This document shows, piece by piece, positions 36,033 through 50,213 of a stretch of DNA of 64,000 bases; within the stretch, counting starts at the first letter, position 1; every line of letters starts with the position of its first letter. The translations under genes were made by a program, and so were the position numbers. The notes under the pieces were generated by a model, which saw nothing but the letters and a program-made list of their open reading frames with translations, was not told the DNA's origin and searched no databases. The DNA is from Anolis carolinensis. Taxonomy: Eukaryota. The DNA lies in the NCBI RefSeq assembly GCF_035594765.1, contig NC_085844.1, forward strand, positions 213,048,107-213,112,106, read 5' to 3'.

Positions 36033-36803
36033 CCATAATCCATTTATTTACAAATGCCTTCACAACTATCCCAAGAGTACAACACTAACCAAAAAATTTG
36101 TTTTGTTTCTCCATCTTATACACTGAAAAAGCACAATTCTTATGAATATTAGGGTTGATCCATGTGATCATCCTGAGTGCACATTTATTCCAGAATATAA
36201 GAATAAGAAAATCACATATTGTCAACCATTGTATCATTGCCACTCTTTTCTTTTAAATAATTATGAAGGTTCTAGTAAAAATTATCTTTGTCATTTTCTC
36301 ATAAACTATTAATTCAAATGTGATTCTATTAAAACATCAAATAAAGTAATTCTTACTACATGACTGACGTGATTTCTGTATCTCTAGGTGTTACACAACC
36401 ATGGAGATGAAGCAGAAAAAAGTCATCAAATTTTTGACCAAAGAAGAATGTACATCTGCCAACAACAACTGCCTCAGAAATTTATATGGCAAGGGAAAAA
36501 CTGATGAGTGTAATATATAAAGAAGGGTAAACATTTTGAAAGTTTTTACAGTGAATGACTTCTGCAATACAAAGAGGTGATTTTGCTGGATTTCTTCAAG
36601 CAAATGACAACAATAAACAAAAACCTCTACACTGCATCACTCTGGATACTTTGAGAATCCTTCCATAAGGAAAAAAACAACAACAACATAAATAGCTGAA
36701 TGCAATCCAGTTATACTATTCTGCCCAAAACTGGTTTCCTGTAAGGAAAGTGTTAGAAATTATGACATGTCCTGGGTTGTGTGCTGCATGGAGATCAACA
36801 TAC

Positions 36804-36887
36804 CCTTGCCAATTCTTGGTTCTTCTCCTCCAATTGAGTCTCCAGCTGACGCAGCCGTTCTTCAATGCTGCCATGCCTTTCCTCTGC
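36804..36887 (-). CDS. PPFIA4: Liprin-alpha-4 exon [28 protein letters not shown]
   Basis: tag|GCA...AGG|gtatgt, 84 nt. Confidence 0.96.
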
Positions 36888-37466
36888 CTACAGAGAAGAC
36901 ATTCTTTAAAAAGTGAGCAAAATTTACAAGTGCTGGGAAACTAGAGGGGAGAAAGATATATTTTTTGCGCAAGATTATATGTACACAACAGTCAGCTGTA
37001 AGTCCCCACACAATGCAAGGATGTGAGACATGACCATGATGGATTTGTATTCATCAAAGATTGGGAAGCTGATAACTAATGGGATGCCAGAAAAAGGCTC
37101 TCAAGCATGTTGCTGGAGTGATATGTTGCAGAATATTTGAATTTAAACCTAAAATAACTTTACATACTTTGTAAAATAACTTTGATAGAGCGCAGGATGA
37201 ACATGTAAATCTTGCTATATAGCAGGGGTAGGAATCAGGTAGCCCTCAGTCTGCCAAGCCACATTCTGTGTGTCACCCCCCTGATCAATGTAAAGCGGTC
37301 TGTTGACGAATTACAGTGGTACAGTTTGCTGCAAATTTGATCACCCGTCCCAAAACAATGTTGTAGAGAGAAAGGATTCTGAAATTTAAGATAAATTTAA
37401 GACAATGACCTGCCATTCAGGAAAGAGGAATAACTAGGAAGCATTCTTCATCTCTGGTACACTCAC

Positions 37467-37601
37467 CTTGGTGAGTGCTGCTATCCTTTGGGCCAACTCT
37501 GCCTCTACTTCAGGCAATGTCTCAGCTTTCCGTATTGTCTGCTGCAGCTTCTGCTCTGCCAGTTCTAGAAGCTCCTGGAGGTGACGAGCCTTTTCCTCAC
37601 A
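37467..37601 (-). CDS. PPFIA4: Liprin-alpha-4 exon [21 protein letters not shown]...AQRIAALTK
   Basis: cag|TGT...AAG|gtgagt, 135 nt. Confidence 0.96.
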
Positions 37602-38527
37602 CTGAAGGACAAAGGCATAAAGGCAATAATGAATATATGGAGCTGAGACCACTAAAAACAGCTCAAACATATACCACAGCCACACTCTCTCCAGTACATA
37701 TATCCAAGAATGTCCAAAGGAATGTTGAGAGAATAGAGGGGGCTATTGCTTCTTTCAGGTTCTCCCAGGGTAGGCTAAGCACTCTGTTCAAAGAAGTAGG
37801 TGATTCATTTTTTTTTAAAGAGGTAATGATGTACTTTAATTTTTATTTTAAAAAGGAACCTCCCTTCTCTGAACAGAGTGGCAAAATACCTTTTTGAATG
37901 CCTGGGTGGGGAAATGGAAGCAGCAACTGGCCCCCTAAAGCTGCAAGGGTCATTCCACAGAAGTACTTTTCATTATAAGCAAAAATGAACCTTGGCTTAT
38001 CCATGGGTTTCAAAATCCATAATATTGACCCCAAAAGGTATACACAAGGTCAAGTTATGCATGATTATATAAATACTGTAGCAGTGAAACTTTGCAATTA
38101 TTTTATTTTTCATTTGTTAGTCATCCAAGATGTTCTGTAAACTGAACAGTAACACATTATTATGCTCTTTTTATAAAACAAAGTAATATCTGAAGAAAAG
38201 CAAGGTTTCACAAATCCTTCATAGCACTGAACTCTCATTCAGCTTTGGATATGTATTTATTTATTTGAAGTATTTCTATATCACTTCTCAACCCACAAGG
38301 GCTCCTAAGGCAATGAACAATAAAAAATGAATTAAAACAATACAAAGCTAATTTTAAAAAATACATAATTTTAAATATTCCTAAAAGCCATCTAAAAACA
38401 ATCCTAGAATCCATGTTAAAAAGAAGGGTGCTGAAGAAACAACATCGGTATTCAAACAGAGATCCTGTATACCTTTTAGCCAGATTATCCCTGGTATTTC
38501 AGATGGTATGGCATCAAAGCTCATTAC

Positions 38528-38674
38528 CTGACGATGGAGAGACTCTTTGTTAGCCAACTCATTTTCCAGTTTGTCATTGAGGTCATGAATGGAAGTGGCT
38601 TCTCTCTGGGCTGCCAAATAGCGCTTCTCCAGAGTGGTGATCCTCTCCTCCATATCTTCTTTCTGTGCTAAAGC
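38528..38674 (-). CDS. PPFIA4: Liprin-alpha-4 exon [20 protein letters not shown]...KESLHRQ
   Basis: cag|GCT...CAG|gtaatg, 147 nt. Confidence 0.97.
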
Positions 38675-39279
38675 CTGGGAATAAGGCATTGAGGAAATCA
38701 TTCGCTTTGCAGTAGTATGAAACTGTCATTGAAACTGTCAAAACTCTACATGAAGAAGATTGCTAGAAGTAATGCCACAAATAGCAATCAGTTCCTACAT
38801 TCAGTGCTTCACAGCTTAAAATGTAAATTCCCCCACATAAATAGGCTGATTCCATTCTAAATCAGACTGAGTCCCCTTCAAGCTAGCCTAACCCAAAATT
38901 GGTCTCCCATTCCAAAATCAGGCAAGTCACCCCCCCTTAGGTTCAAAGGAAGGCAAAGGCAAACACCCTCTAAACAAATCTGACCAAAAGACCTCATTAT
39001 AGGGTCGCCTTAGTCACCATAAACTATAAGCAACTTGGGCATATAACACCAATATAGAAGATCAGGAAGGTCTGGCTGCTAATGTACATGTTTTGAGATG
39101 TTTTAACAGTCACCAGTCTCTGGATTATATTGATTATTTCCGGAAGCTTTACTGCAAACATTTCACATGTATCATAGGAAACAGACACAGATAGCAAAAG
39201 AATGAGTACAATATATATTTTTCTTTTATTGACTTGATAGTTCAACAAATTTAAACAAACAAATATAATCTAGGTTGGG

Positions 39280-39485
39280 TTGCTGCCAGGTTTGAATCCC
39301 ACCCGGGGAGAGCACGGATGAGCTCCCTCTATCAGCTCCAGCTCCATGCGGGGACATGAGAGAAGCCTCCCACAAGGATGGTAAAAACATCAAAACATCC
39401 GGGAGTCCCCTGGGCAACGTCCTTGCAGACGGCCAATTCTCTCACTCCAGAAGAGAGTGACGGCCAATTCTCTCACTCCAGAAGG
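39280..39485 (+). mobile_element. Sauria SINE-like fragment
   Basis: gagctccctctatcagctccagctccatgc...gacggccaattctctcactccagaag, the last 26 nt duplicated in tandem. Confidence 0.7.
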
Positions 39486-39544
39486 GGGAAGAGAACACAA
39501 CGCGCCTTTCCCACATGTGGAGCCAGCAGCCAGTGCTTTAACTA

Positions 39545-39840
39545 GAAAGGGAAAGGAATGAAGGGAAGGAAAAAGGAAAGAGAATGATGAGAAAGGAGAC
39601 AGAGGGAAGGAAGGGGGAAAGAAAGAAAAGAAGGAACAACTGAAGAGAAAAGAAAGAAGAAAGGAACAAAGGAAAGGAGAAAGGGAAAGAAGGAAGGGGA
39701 AAAAGAAAGAGAGAAATAAAGGAAAGAAGGGGAAAGGAACGAAGGGAAGGGAGAGGAAAGGAAAGGAAGGAAAATACATCATCATCATCATCATTATTAC
39801 TAAAAGGAGGAGAAGAGAGATGAAAAAAGGAAAAGAGGAA
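39545..39840 (+). repeat. GA-rich low-complexity tract followed by a degenerate Helitron-like 3' end (about 39855-39885)
   Basis: Purine tract; gccacagcc...acagCTAGt. Confidence 0.6.
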
Positions 39841-40402
39841 AAAATATTACTATAGGCCACAGCCACACATTTCCAGGTACAGCTAGTTCTCTATAAAGCC
39901 CATAGGCTGTTCCAAAAACCAGTGGTTCAGTCAATAAATTAATTATCAGCAACAGAATAGACTAAGGTATTTTATTAGTGTTAAGAGATAATGCATTAAC
40001 TTCCTAATGTCTAACACTTAATACGAACAAATTAATTTTCAAATCTAACATTTCAAGCTCTATCACATCCTGCCTTCACCACCCATTTGTCTTCCCTGGC
40101 AGTCTCTTCCAACCTTACTTTGGGGAGGGGTATTATGTGTCATGATGGCAAAACCCCATGGTTCTCAAGAAGGAACTATGGCTGCTCTGTATACCACCAA
40201 GTGACAGAGAGTGCTGCTGATGAAAGTCTATCTCTTCACCCCTTCCCAATGTAAAGGTACAATCATACTCCCTTAATGCTCAAAACTCAAGTAAATTTCT
40301 AGACAAGCTAGAGAAAATAGGGACTTACACATTTCTAGCTATGACACAACTGTTTGTCACTGAACACCCAGTGTTATAACTAATGGAACAGAGTTCTCTA
40401 AC

Positions 40403-40624
40403 CTCTCGTAGATCCCTCTGGTACTTGCTGCTCATTTCTTCTGATTTGATTAGATCTCTCCTGGCAGTGCTTAGATCTTCTTCCAACTCAGCAACACTGG
40501 CAGCAAGAGCAACTAGACGTTCTTTAGCTTGTGCAAGCTCAAAGTTTTGCTTTTCTAGAAGTTCTTGCAGTTCCACAGTACGGCTTGCCTCATCATCTGC
40601 ATGTACAGAGCCATTAGGGAGTCT
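40403..40624 (-). CDS. PPFIA4: Liprin-alpha-4 exon RLPNGS...ELQELLEKQN...KYQRDLRE
   Basis: cag|AGA...GAG|gttaga, 222 nt. Confidence 0.95.
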
Positions 40625-41255
40625 CTGTCAAGTGACATAACAAAGAACTAAGTTCCAAAAGGTATATAATATTCAGCACGACACAGCAGCAAAAATTGAA
40701 TATAAGTCACAGAGTGATACAACTAAAAACTTCCCATCTGTCAAAGGACCAGCACCTGAAAGTATAAATAGAACATTGACAATATTAAAGAAAATATATT
40801 TCAAGACATATAACTCCTGGTGCAGCAAATCAGAAAGCATTGTGCAACTTTCCCCATGTAACAATTTCCTTCTGCTAGAAAAAAGCAACAGAAACAGTAG
40901 GAATAAAATATAAAAGAGTCACAAGTAGCAGATTATCTTGTTTGGACTATCACCACCTCCCAAAGAAATAAATGGAAAAAAAAATCCTGGTATAGAAGCA
41001 TCCATGTGTGGCTGTACTGTATAGCAGAGGTGCTTTCCAGAAGTGAGGCATTTGAATAAGTTATACTCTACAACTGAACACAGTTGGACACGTTAACCCT
41101 TCTATCACTTCAAAATTCCAAAATAGTTAATACACATTTTCTCTGCAAATAAAGGGATCTCAATAAATACTGTTGGTTACTTGAGTCACACGTGAGGTAC
41201 ATCGTATTTCAGTGGTATCATAAAACCACCTTCTTTCCAAAAGGATGTCTCTTAC

Positions 41256-41357
41256 CTTCCAAAGTTTTTTCTGCCCCAGTTCTTTGCCTTCAGGCTTTTT
41301 TTCATCTTCTCCCACAGGTGCTTCCCTCTGGGAGAGGCCTTGCTGGAGGGCACTTAT
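41256..41357 (-). CDS. PPFIA4: Liprin-alpha-4 exon ISALQQGLSQREAPVGEDEKKPEGKELGQKKLWK
   Basis: cag|ATA...AAG|gtaaga, 102 nt, variable linker, in frame. Confidence 0.9.
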
Positions 41358-41752
41358 CTGAAAAAAATACATTTTAAATACATACTTACTCTTGAGGCTT
41401 TCATGGAACAAAAGTACAAGACAAATGGAAACAGGGAATCATTTGTCTTGATGGGTTTTTTTATCTTTATCGTCACAATGACCCAAAGCTTATCTTTTTA
41501 ATGCCTAGGGCTTTTAGAAGCATTATTCAGCTGCTATGTTGCACTCATCTAAACCTATCAAGCTTCTCTTTTTCATCTTCATCTCCGAAGACAGTACATG
41601 ACCAAAGGACATTGACAATGCTGTAACACATTTGTTGGCACATAGTTTTCCATGAAATGTGATGCAAGAGATATAGAGCAAATGCTTGATAGAACTAGTA
41701 GTCTCAGATCATTTGAAAAATACCACTATAAAATCTAGAAACACATATTTAC

Positions 41753-41827
41753 CTGCTGATGGGCACTAGACAGCTGTTCTTCTAACGTAGCTACTCGTTC
41801 TAGTGATGCCCGTAGGCGCTCTCTCAC
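41753..41827 (-). CDS. PPFIA4: Liprin-alpha-4 exon VRERLRASLERVATLEEQLSSAHQQ
   Basis: cag|GTG...CAG|gtaaat, 75 nt, in frame. Confidence 0.95.
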
Positions 41828-42314
41828 CTGAGAACATGGAAAAGAAAAAAAATGTTTGTTATTTAAAAAAAACAAAAAACAAAAACCTCAGCTAACCTCT
41901 GGAGCTTCTCAGAATGAACACTTAATACCATCTAGCATGAGAAAGGGACTGTGTTAACACAAATTATTCAGTGACTGCAGAAGCCCTACATTATCTGGCG
42001 GATAGGTAAAAAATAACCACACTCAGTCTCCTGAGCTTTGTATCTCAGTGCAAGAAATGCAATTGCATGACACTGTGAACCTTAATGAAGTTAAAGCCTG
42101 GAATCTTTTTATCATAATAAGCAGCAGAAAATCTCAAGAGTACCACTACTGTTCAAATGCAATACTTAAACACACAATTTGACAGTATGCTGCAGAAGTA
42201 ATTTCTTCTATGCTAGAAAGTAAAATGGACCTTTTAATAGCTAAAGAGAAATGCTGGATACTGGCGTTAGGAGTGCGTGTAATTACTTCAAGCTATTACA
42301 GCCCTGTAGTCCTA

Positions 42315-42563
<249 letters not shown>

Positions 42564-44621
42564 TTATCCTTAAATCAAAGCTAATGTTAAAGAGAGCAAC
42601 AGCTTTTCTGCTTCACTTGGGAAATTCAGGGCTTTACAAACATGTAATCAAGTCCTACTGCGAAGCTATTTCTGCACACAGAGGTCACAATTTAGCTCAG
42701 TATTTATGAATATGCATAGCACAATTATTATTTTACTAAACAGTTTATCCAACACAAGCTACAAATAGATGGAAATTGTTCAGAGAAAACTGCACAACAG
42801 ACATTTTAATGGTTGTATATCTATGTATTTTAGCTGTGTTGTAACCCGATTCAAGCCATGAGGAAAAGCAGGAAACCAATATCGTCGTCGTCATCATCAT
42901 CATCATCATAGATTAATGTAGTTGTTGTGCACCTTCAAGTAATTCCTAACTTACGGAGACCCTAGATCTCCACAAAGTTTTTCTTTGCAAAATGTGTCCA
43001 TATAGGGCTTGCCTTTGTCTTGCTATGAGGCTGAGAGAATGCTCAACCATGTTGGCTCAGCTTAATTTAGAAAACAAGTAACATAGCGGGAGGCAGTTCT
43101 TTTAAAGGTCTGATAGTCCACAACTTACTTTTAATTCATTCATTCATTAATCCTACTGCTATTTTAAGCCATCTATTTTAGTCAGTTATTTTAACCCATG
43201 CTAGTTAATTTAATTCATTTGATTTATCTTGATTAGCTTAAGCAACTTCAAAATTGTTGTGTTCCCACACATTTTGCTATTGCAATTTAAGTATGTGTCT
43301 GTATCTCTTATAAGGGTTGGTTTAACCTCCAGTTTGCTAATAAAACTGATATATAGCAAAATGTTTGGAAAGCGCTAAACGTCTTCAAAATCTTCGAGGA
43401 AATTTAAAAAATGAGCATACGTTCTCCAGAATTTTGAAACATGAAATACTACATCCAAAATTGCCCACATGGGTGACTGAGATAGCAACACTTTTGCTCT
43501 CTGGTGGTTCAATGTACACAAACGCTTGTTTCATGCACTGAATTATTGGAAATATTGTTTTAAAAAGTACCTACAGGATAAGTATATACTGTAAGTGGTA
43601 TATGTAACACAACTGAATGTCATTTTGATCTGGCCAATAGGCTAATCAATAGAATTAAATATCACGTTTTGACTACAGTCTCATCTCTAAATGCAAACAC
43701 AGGTATTCCCAAATCTTTTTTAAAAATCTAAATCTAAAACACTTCTGGTATCAAACATTTCAGATAAAAGATAATCAACCTGTATTGTACATTTTAGTTA
43801 TATTTACTACCTACGTGTTATTGACCTACATATAATAACTTTCTTCCCCAAGCATCCTAACACGATGTTTGCCCTGTGAGTTGATGTACCAAGATGGAGA
43901 AAACAAAAATAGATTATCAGAGTGATCAGCCAAGGAGTTTGTCTCCCCTTGCTTCATATTTTCACAATAACTGACCTTAAGCTACTATACTGAAAATAAA
44001 CTATAACTGAAAATTCTCAAATAGGTTTCAGTTGTACTTTTAGGGCATGTCATCAAAAACTACCAGCACAGTAATAGGAAAAAGAATCCAAATATGTTAC
44101 ATTCTAAAAGTATGCATAAAATTATTTCCCAGGAAGGGAATCTCTACTGCTAGCAAAGATTGTGCAAGTCAAGGATTCTTAGCAAACCTGGAGATCTAGG
44201 ATTTGTGAGTTACAAGGCAAATATTATTGGTACAAAGGACTGAACAGTCTCTGCAGGCATGAATACAAACTGTATTGTAATAAGAACAAAACACAATAGC
44301 AACATTGAAAAGAAATTAAATTGGATTTTACAGAGATTATAATAAAACCTTCCCATTCAATCAAGAATAGAAGTTGCTCTCAGATTCTACTGGCTGGATA
44401 GGAAATTCCACAGAAAGCTTTCTGTCCTGTTAAACCTAATCAAGGGAGGACAGCAGGACTTTCTGTGGCTGAATCCAATGGGCAGAACAAAGGGAAATTT
44501 GTGTGCGGCCACACTATGTTGTGCTTAGGATAAAGTCTAATGTTGCCCAGAAGAAATTCTTTTGGGACACACTATCGACAAAGCTTGGCATCTCAAATAC
44601 TGAAACTCATTGTCTACTCAC

Positions 44622-44723
44622 CCTTGTGTTATTACGCTCTGCTTTCAGCTCTGAGATTTCTTCTTCCCTTTCCAACAGCTGCTCTCGGCATGCATTGAGT
44701 TCCCTGGTCAGTGTTGCAAATTC
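44622..44723 (-). CDS. PPFIA4: Liprin-alpha-4 exon [34 protein letters not shown]
   Basis: tag|GAA...AGG|gtgagt, 102 nt, phase 0/0; conserved liprin-alpha coiled-coil segment. Confidence 0.96.
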
Positions 44724-47700
44724 CTAAAAGGTAATCATATTTGTGCAATTGGAAGATACATGGAACCAAGTTTCCGCACAGTTCCCAACAGAAACAGCAG
44801 TACAAAATGTGGTGGCATTAAATTAGCATCATCCAACCAAGATCATTAAAACAAATTCTGATTTTAAAGCTGGGCTATCTATTATCAATACAATTATGAA
44901 AGTCATAAGAAAGAAAGGGGATAATTAGGGAAACATGCTCATAGTAAAATAGAAAAATAGGGGCTTTTTAGTCAGCAACTCTGCAATTTTTGTAAAAACA
45001 TCAAGATGTATACATAGTAAGCGCAATAATTATTCTGATATATAATTAAATTGCATTGAAACCAGTTTTTTTTACATGGGGGTTCAAATCTGGCTATCTG
45101 ACAGGGGTGCTTTGATTGCACTTTTCCTGCATGGCAGAGGTTTGGACTAGATGAACTATGTGGTCTCTTCCAATTCTATTATTCTATAATTCGATGCTAT
45201 CACAATGCATGCCCAAAGGGAGCAGTGGTCCTACTAAAACATTTGCCAAGATGAAAGATTTTCACATGCTCAATTTTGTATCAGCTAAAGGCAGAAGAAC
45301 AGCAAGTTAAAAAATTCACTATGTTCGCTTAAGACAGCAACTACATGATGGTAGTCAAGTGAACCTTTTGCACATTAAACAGCTTGAGGCTCAGATACCA
45401 GCTGCTGTTTACCATACATGCACCACAGTAGAAAAGACATATGGTTCTTTCCTACCCTTTTTCCATAACTAGCAAAATGGCTTGTCCCAGATCTAGCAAA
45501 ATTTGAAATACCTTTTTAAAAATGATCAATATATATGGTAACTGCTTGCTTTTCCAACAGTAGAACTCAAACACTGTAAAACTAAGTGTGAGCAATGTTT
45601 TTAAGTTGAGCTTTTAATTTGATCTTGATGTATTTTGAAATTATTTCAGTTTTTTAACTTCCCAAGCTAGAGTAAAAGTTTTCAATAAAAACGTTATTGG
45701 AGATGCAGATGCACTGGACAGCCTACTGTACAGCTGGGAGATGTTGTTTTAAAAATAATTACAGCTACAGCTCCAAACCCCTCTTTCTAGGAGTAGCTAG
45801 CTGCAACCATGGTTACAATTTCTAAAAGTTGCTCTTTCCTTTCCTTGGCAGAATGCCTGCCCATCACAGAAACTGATCTAGAGAGGTCTATCCTGGGGCA
45901 TAGTACATTCCTGCTAATACACTGACATGCACATAAAAGCAGGTGGTAAGGAAGAAAGCAAAAGGAATTAAAATGACAGCAGAAACTTCCCAGCCCTCCC
46001 TCCCTTCGTTTTCTCTTCCATACACCAGAAGCCTTACAAAGCTAAATGCCAATTGGAAAATCTCTGACAGCTGCAGGGATTACCTCAGAAAGGGCAGGGA
46101 TGAACCAAGCAGAGTTCAAAAGAGGGAACCAAAATAGGAACTGTGCTGAGAGCCCACCCATGTAAGATATTTGATGAAGCTTCCTCTGTGGACAATGTTG
46201 ATCTGAGGTTTTATTACTGACAGAACATTTGAAATAGCTCAAAGGAAAGCGAGTGCTCCTGTCTCTACGATTCCTGGGTTTTAGAATATGAACAAGGCAA
46301 CAACATTTACATAGTCAATTTGCATTATCTCTACTTGACAGTTTAGCATAAGAATCAAGATGTTGTAAGTGGGTGTTGGGATCCTACCGTATGTGCCGGG
46401 AGGGGATCCCTCACTAGGGAACTAGGGGCATAGCTGGGTGTATTTATAATGAACGCTGCACTCAGAGGATTCAAACCATTTAATGGAAAATGTAAATGTC
46501 TGATCTACTTGGATCTGCACAGAATTTAACAAAATTTATTTTAAATATTCCTGCTATTGAATATTAGAAAGGAACTGAAAAGTTCATCCTCTATATAGAA
46601 AGAACGAAGCCATATGCCAATATTTATCATACTTTCAGAGTGAAAATGAAAGAGTTTGTTTGATTGTGCTTTTCCTGTATGGTGAGGAATTGGACAGAAA
46701 GACTCATGTAGTCTCTTCCAACTCTATGATTCAATGAGATATACAGATGGAGTTACATAAAACAATAGTTACCCTACACACATGAGAAAGCTTTGTTTGT
46801 TTTATCCCACGTGGCAATAATGACTGTATGTATTCCATATAGAAGAGGAAGGTGGACGCTAAGTGTCATATAATCATGACATATCTTGTGGCATAGAAGC
46901 ATACGATACTTTTCATTATGCGGAATACATAAAGAGTGGACAGCATATTCATACAATGAGGGTCCTTGCATTACACAAGCCCTTGCATCATGATAATTAA
47001 TGTTATTTGCCATAAATAGATTACAGTTTGTGGTGATCTAATCAATGTGCGACCTCTAAAAACCACAGCCATCAACTGTTCTGGTCAGGTCTTGCAAACT
47101 CTAGGATGTGGCTTTCTTGATTAAATCAATCTTTTTGTTATGCAGTCTTCCTTTGTCTATAGTGGTGAAGTTGTTATTCCCAATTCCTAGCAGATAACTA
47201 TCTCCTCAAGATAATCCACACAGAAGAAAGATGCAAAACAAAACAGGAACTGCGTATATTTTGAAAGACATTCAAGATCACTTTGAAATGTTAAATGTCT
47301 TTTCTTGTTTGCTAAAAAAAAAAGGTAACCACAGAGATATCCCTATAGAAACTGCTAGAGTAAGCAGACATGATGGTATAGATGCTATGTTCTACAGCTG
47401 ACTAGCAATAAACCTGTCACAAATGGGAATAAGTAAAAAAATGTTCACTCACCCCCTCCATTGTTTCATGCTAGCTCTTTCCTCCTCACCTAGAAATAGT
47501 CCATGGCTTGCTTTATTTTTTTCACATCCTAATATCCTTCTGGCATTTTTGTCACTACATTTGCTTGATTCCATATTGTCTACACTCCAACAATCCTCTG
47601 GGTCTCCTTTGACTCTCTGCTAGAATACTGTGTAGTCTTTTCTCTAATATTCTGGGACATAAAAATCATCCGCGCTCCTGGTTTACATCATTTGTCTTGG

Positions 47701-48951
47701 GTTTTATTTTTTAAAATTTATTTATGTGATGCAGTGTTGGCCTTGAGGAAGACTGTGATGGAATGCTGGTCTTGAAAAATAGACATACATATCTTTTAAT
47801 AGATCAATGTCATGTATAATCTTAATTTCGGGTACTCTGAAGTCCTCTGTGAAGTGTGAAGGATCAAGAAAAATAACACTGAATTTGCTCACACCTTTTG
47901 TCCAAAGTCTTGAAATAATTTTTAAAAATGAAGCATGGCAAGAAGCAAATTTCACTTGATATAATTTGCCAGCTTTTCTGTCAACCTTATAAAGTAAGAA
48001 GGATGCTGACATACTCAAACTGCCATCTAGATGTTTAAAACAAACTAGGAACCAAAGATACACTGACTCAGATCTACCCAGATCAATATGTGGTCGAACG
48101 AGTGCGGCCATCTGGGTTCAGCCTAATTTGACCTGCAGCAGGGAGTTCCACAGATTCGTAGGAACCGTGCTGAAATCAATAAAAGAATGAAGTATGTTCC
48201 AGTGGCAGCTTAAAAATCCCCTTTCTATCAGCTCCTGACGATGTAATTAATCCTGAATAAAAAGTATCATTTCTTTTTAACTCAATCTTCTCTTAAGTGT
48301 TATTTTGTATCCTCTTCTTAACTCCTTGCATGGAAAAACTCCTCCGTTTCCCTCCTGGAACATGGCAATCAATCCAAGTCTCACTGCAAGCCTCCCGTTT
48401 CTTCGTCTCTCTCCCTCTCTTTCTCTCTTGCCATTGATTAACATGGGGGCTCACATTTTTTAGTCATAACTCACCCAAAACTGCTTGGAGCATGTCTATC
48501 TTTTATTTACATAACTTTTCTGAGCCCCTGGTTCCAAGACAACCAACAGCGCCAGAATTGGACAAGTTTAAAGAACCAAAACAGCTGATTGTCAAAAACT
48601 GTCAAAACGGAGTTTCCCCGCGCTGCGGCACAGTTTTCTCTGCAAGAACAGACTAATAAAGGTTCGGACTACGTGCTGGGCACGAAGGGAGGCCACCCAG
48701 GGCTCCCTGCTTGCCATTCATGAACTGCCCTCACCTTCGGAGTGCCCCCCTCCCCGCTGACCTTTGGCCCAGAAGGGCCGTTTCGCCTGGATTGCCGCAG
48801 AATCCCCCTTTTCTGAACTTTTATCACTTTATGAACCCCCTGCATTAAATCTTGGGCTCTGGGATAGGTGAAACAAGATGAATTAAGTTCCCACGTGTGT
48901 CCTCTGTACCCTGCATGTTCCCTTTTCCCTTTATTACCATGAGATATATTT

Positions 48952-49810
48952 TGTATTATGAGATATTGAGGGATGACCGAAATCTGACCTGGAAATCAGT
49001 ATGACCGGAGGAGATTATTCCTCACACCAGGAGACTGTCAGATGCTCATCTTGCATGGACAATAGATATGGTCTTCCCCCATTAAACGTCGGAGCTAGCC
49101 CATTTAATGGGAAGATGGCTATCTGGTTCTCGGACCACTTACAATGGGGACGATCAAAGCCCATGGTCGTCCCAGCTGTCAAAATGAACTGGACTCATTC
49201 AGAAACAAATCCTGCCCATCTGATCAGCCTTGACTTACCGGACTCTGGCAAGCCTGCCAGACAAATATGTATATTTGCACCCCAAGAAGCAATCTGGAAA
49301 CTACCTTGAGGGCTTATGAAGGCTCTCGGAGTTTCCTTCTCGCATATTGACTCAATGACTCTATCATAATCCCTAGCAAATCCATTGTTCTCGGCTCAGC
49401 CCGCCTCTTCGCCTATGATTGGTGGAAGAAACTGAGACGGCAGGAGCTCCCTGACTGGACGAAGATTCGTGCTGCTCCCTCAGGGGCCAAGCAGCGCGCA
49501 GGGGGACGGGGGGATGAGTGGCGCGAATCTCAAATCGCACCACCCCATTTTCTGTATTATAAAGGTTGCTGTTCTGTATTGTGTGGGATGGCTCCATGAC
49601 GAACCATCGTGTCATCCTTTTCAGCTGAACTGAATAAACAACTCGGTCTTCTTTCTTCATGTCTGAGGGTGAGATCTTTGTAGCGAGAAACCTTGACCTT
49701 TAGCGACTCCCCCCTTGCCAGGATTCTCAGACCTGTGGCCAGGGGTAGGAGCTAGGGTTCCCTCCCAAAAGAAGGGGACCCCCAAATCCTAGCTCAATAT
49801 CAAATATACA
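48952..49810 (+). mobile_element. Solo LTR (ERV-like)
   Basis: TG...CA termini with about 18-bp imperfect inverted ends (tgtattatgagatattgag / ctcaatatcaaatataca); ATTGG box near 49418, TATAAA 49558, AATAAA 49633; flanks attt/atta. Confidence 0.7.
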
Positions 49811-50213
49811 ATTAGAGAGACTGTACCATCATAAAGTAAAGGTAGAGGCACTTTAACGCTCATCCAGCTCAAAAATTGAGTTTTGCCATTTCAATTTGTC
49901 TGTGCCACTTGCCACAATCAAGATGTTCTGGGTGAAAGTCTGCACTGAATACATAAAAGATTCTACACTACACAAGTTTGGAGCAGAAGCTACAGTAATA
50001 ACAAAAGTCTTCATACCCTGCCCGAAGGTAAGATATTTTTATATCTTTTTGTTTGTAACTCTCAATGAGATATTGATCAGAATACCCTGCATCTACATAT
50101 GAGAGTTGGTTGGGTTTTTTTTATTTGAAGAAAGACGCATCTATATCACCCATGTTAAGAACAAGGAAACAAAAGCGCAGTAGCACTTCAGAGATTAACT
50201 ATTTATAATAGTA

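Noticed and set aside
39390-39866. 158-aa Phe/Leu/Ser-rich ORF
   Set aside because: Translation of a low-complexity pyrimidine tract.
47722-48111. 129-aa minus-strand ORF
   Set aside because: No recognisable homology and no splice sites linking it to PPFIA4.
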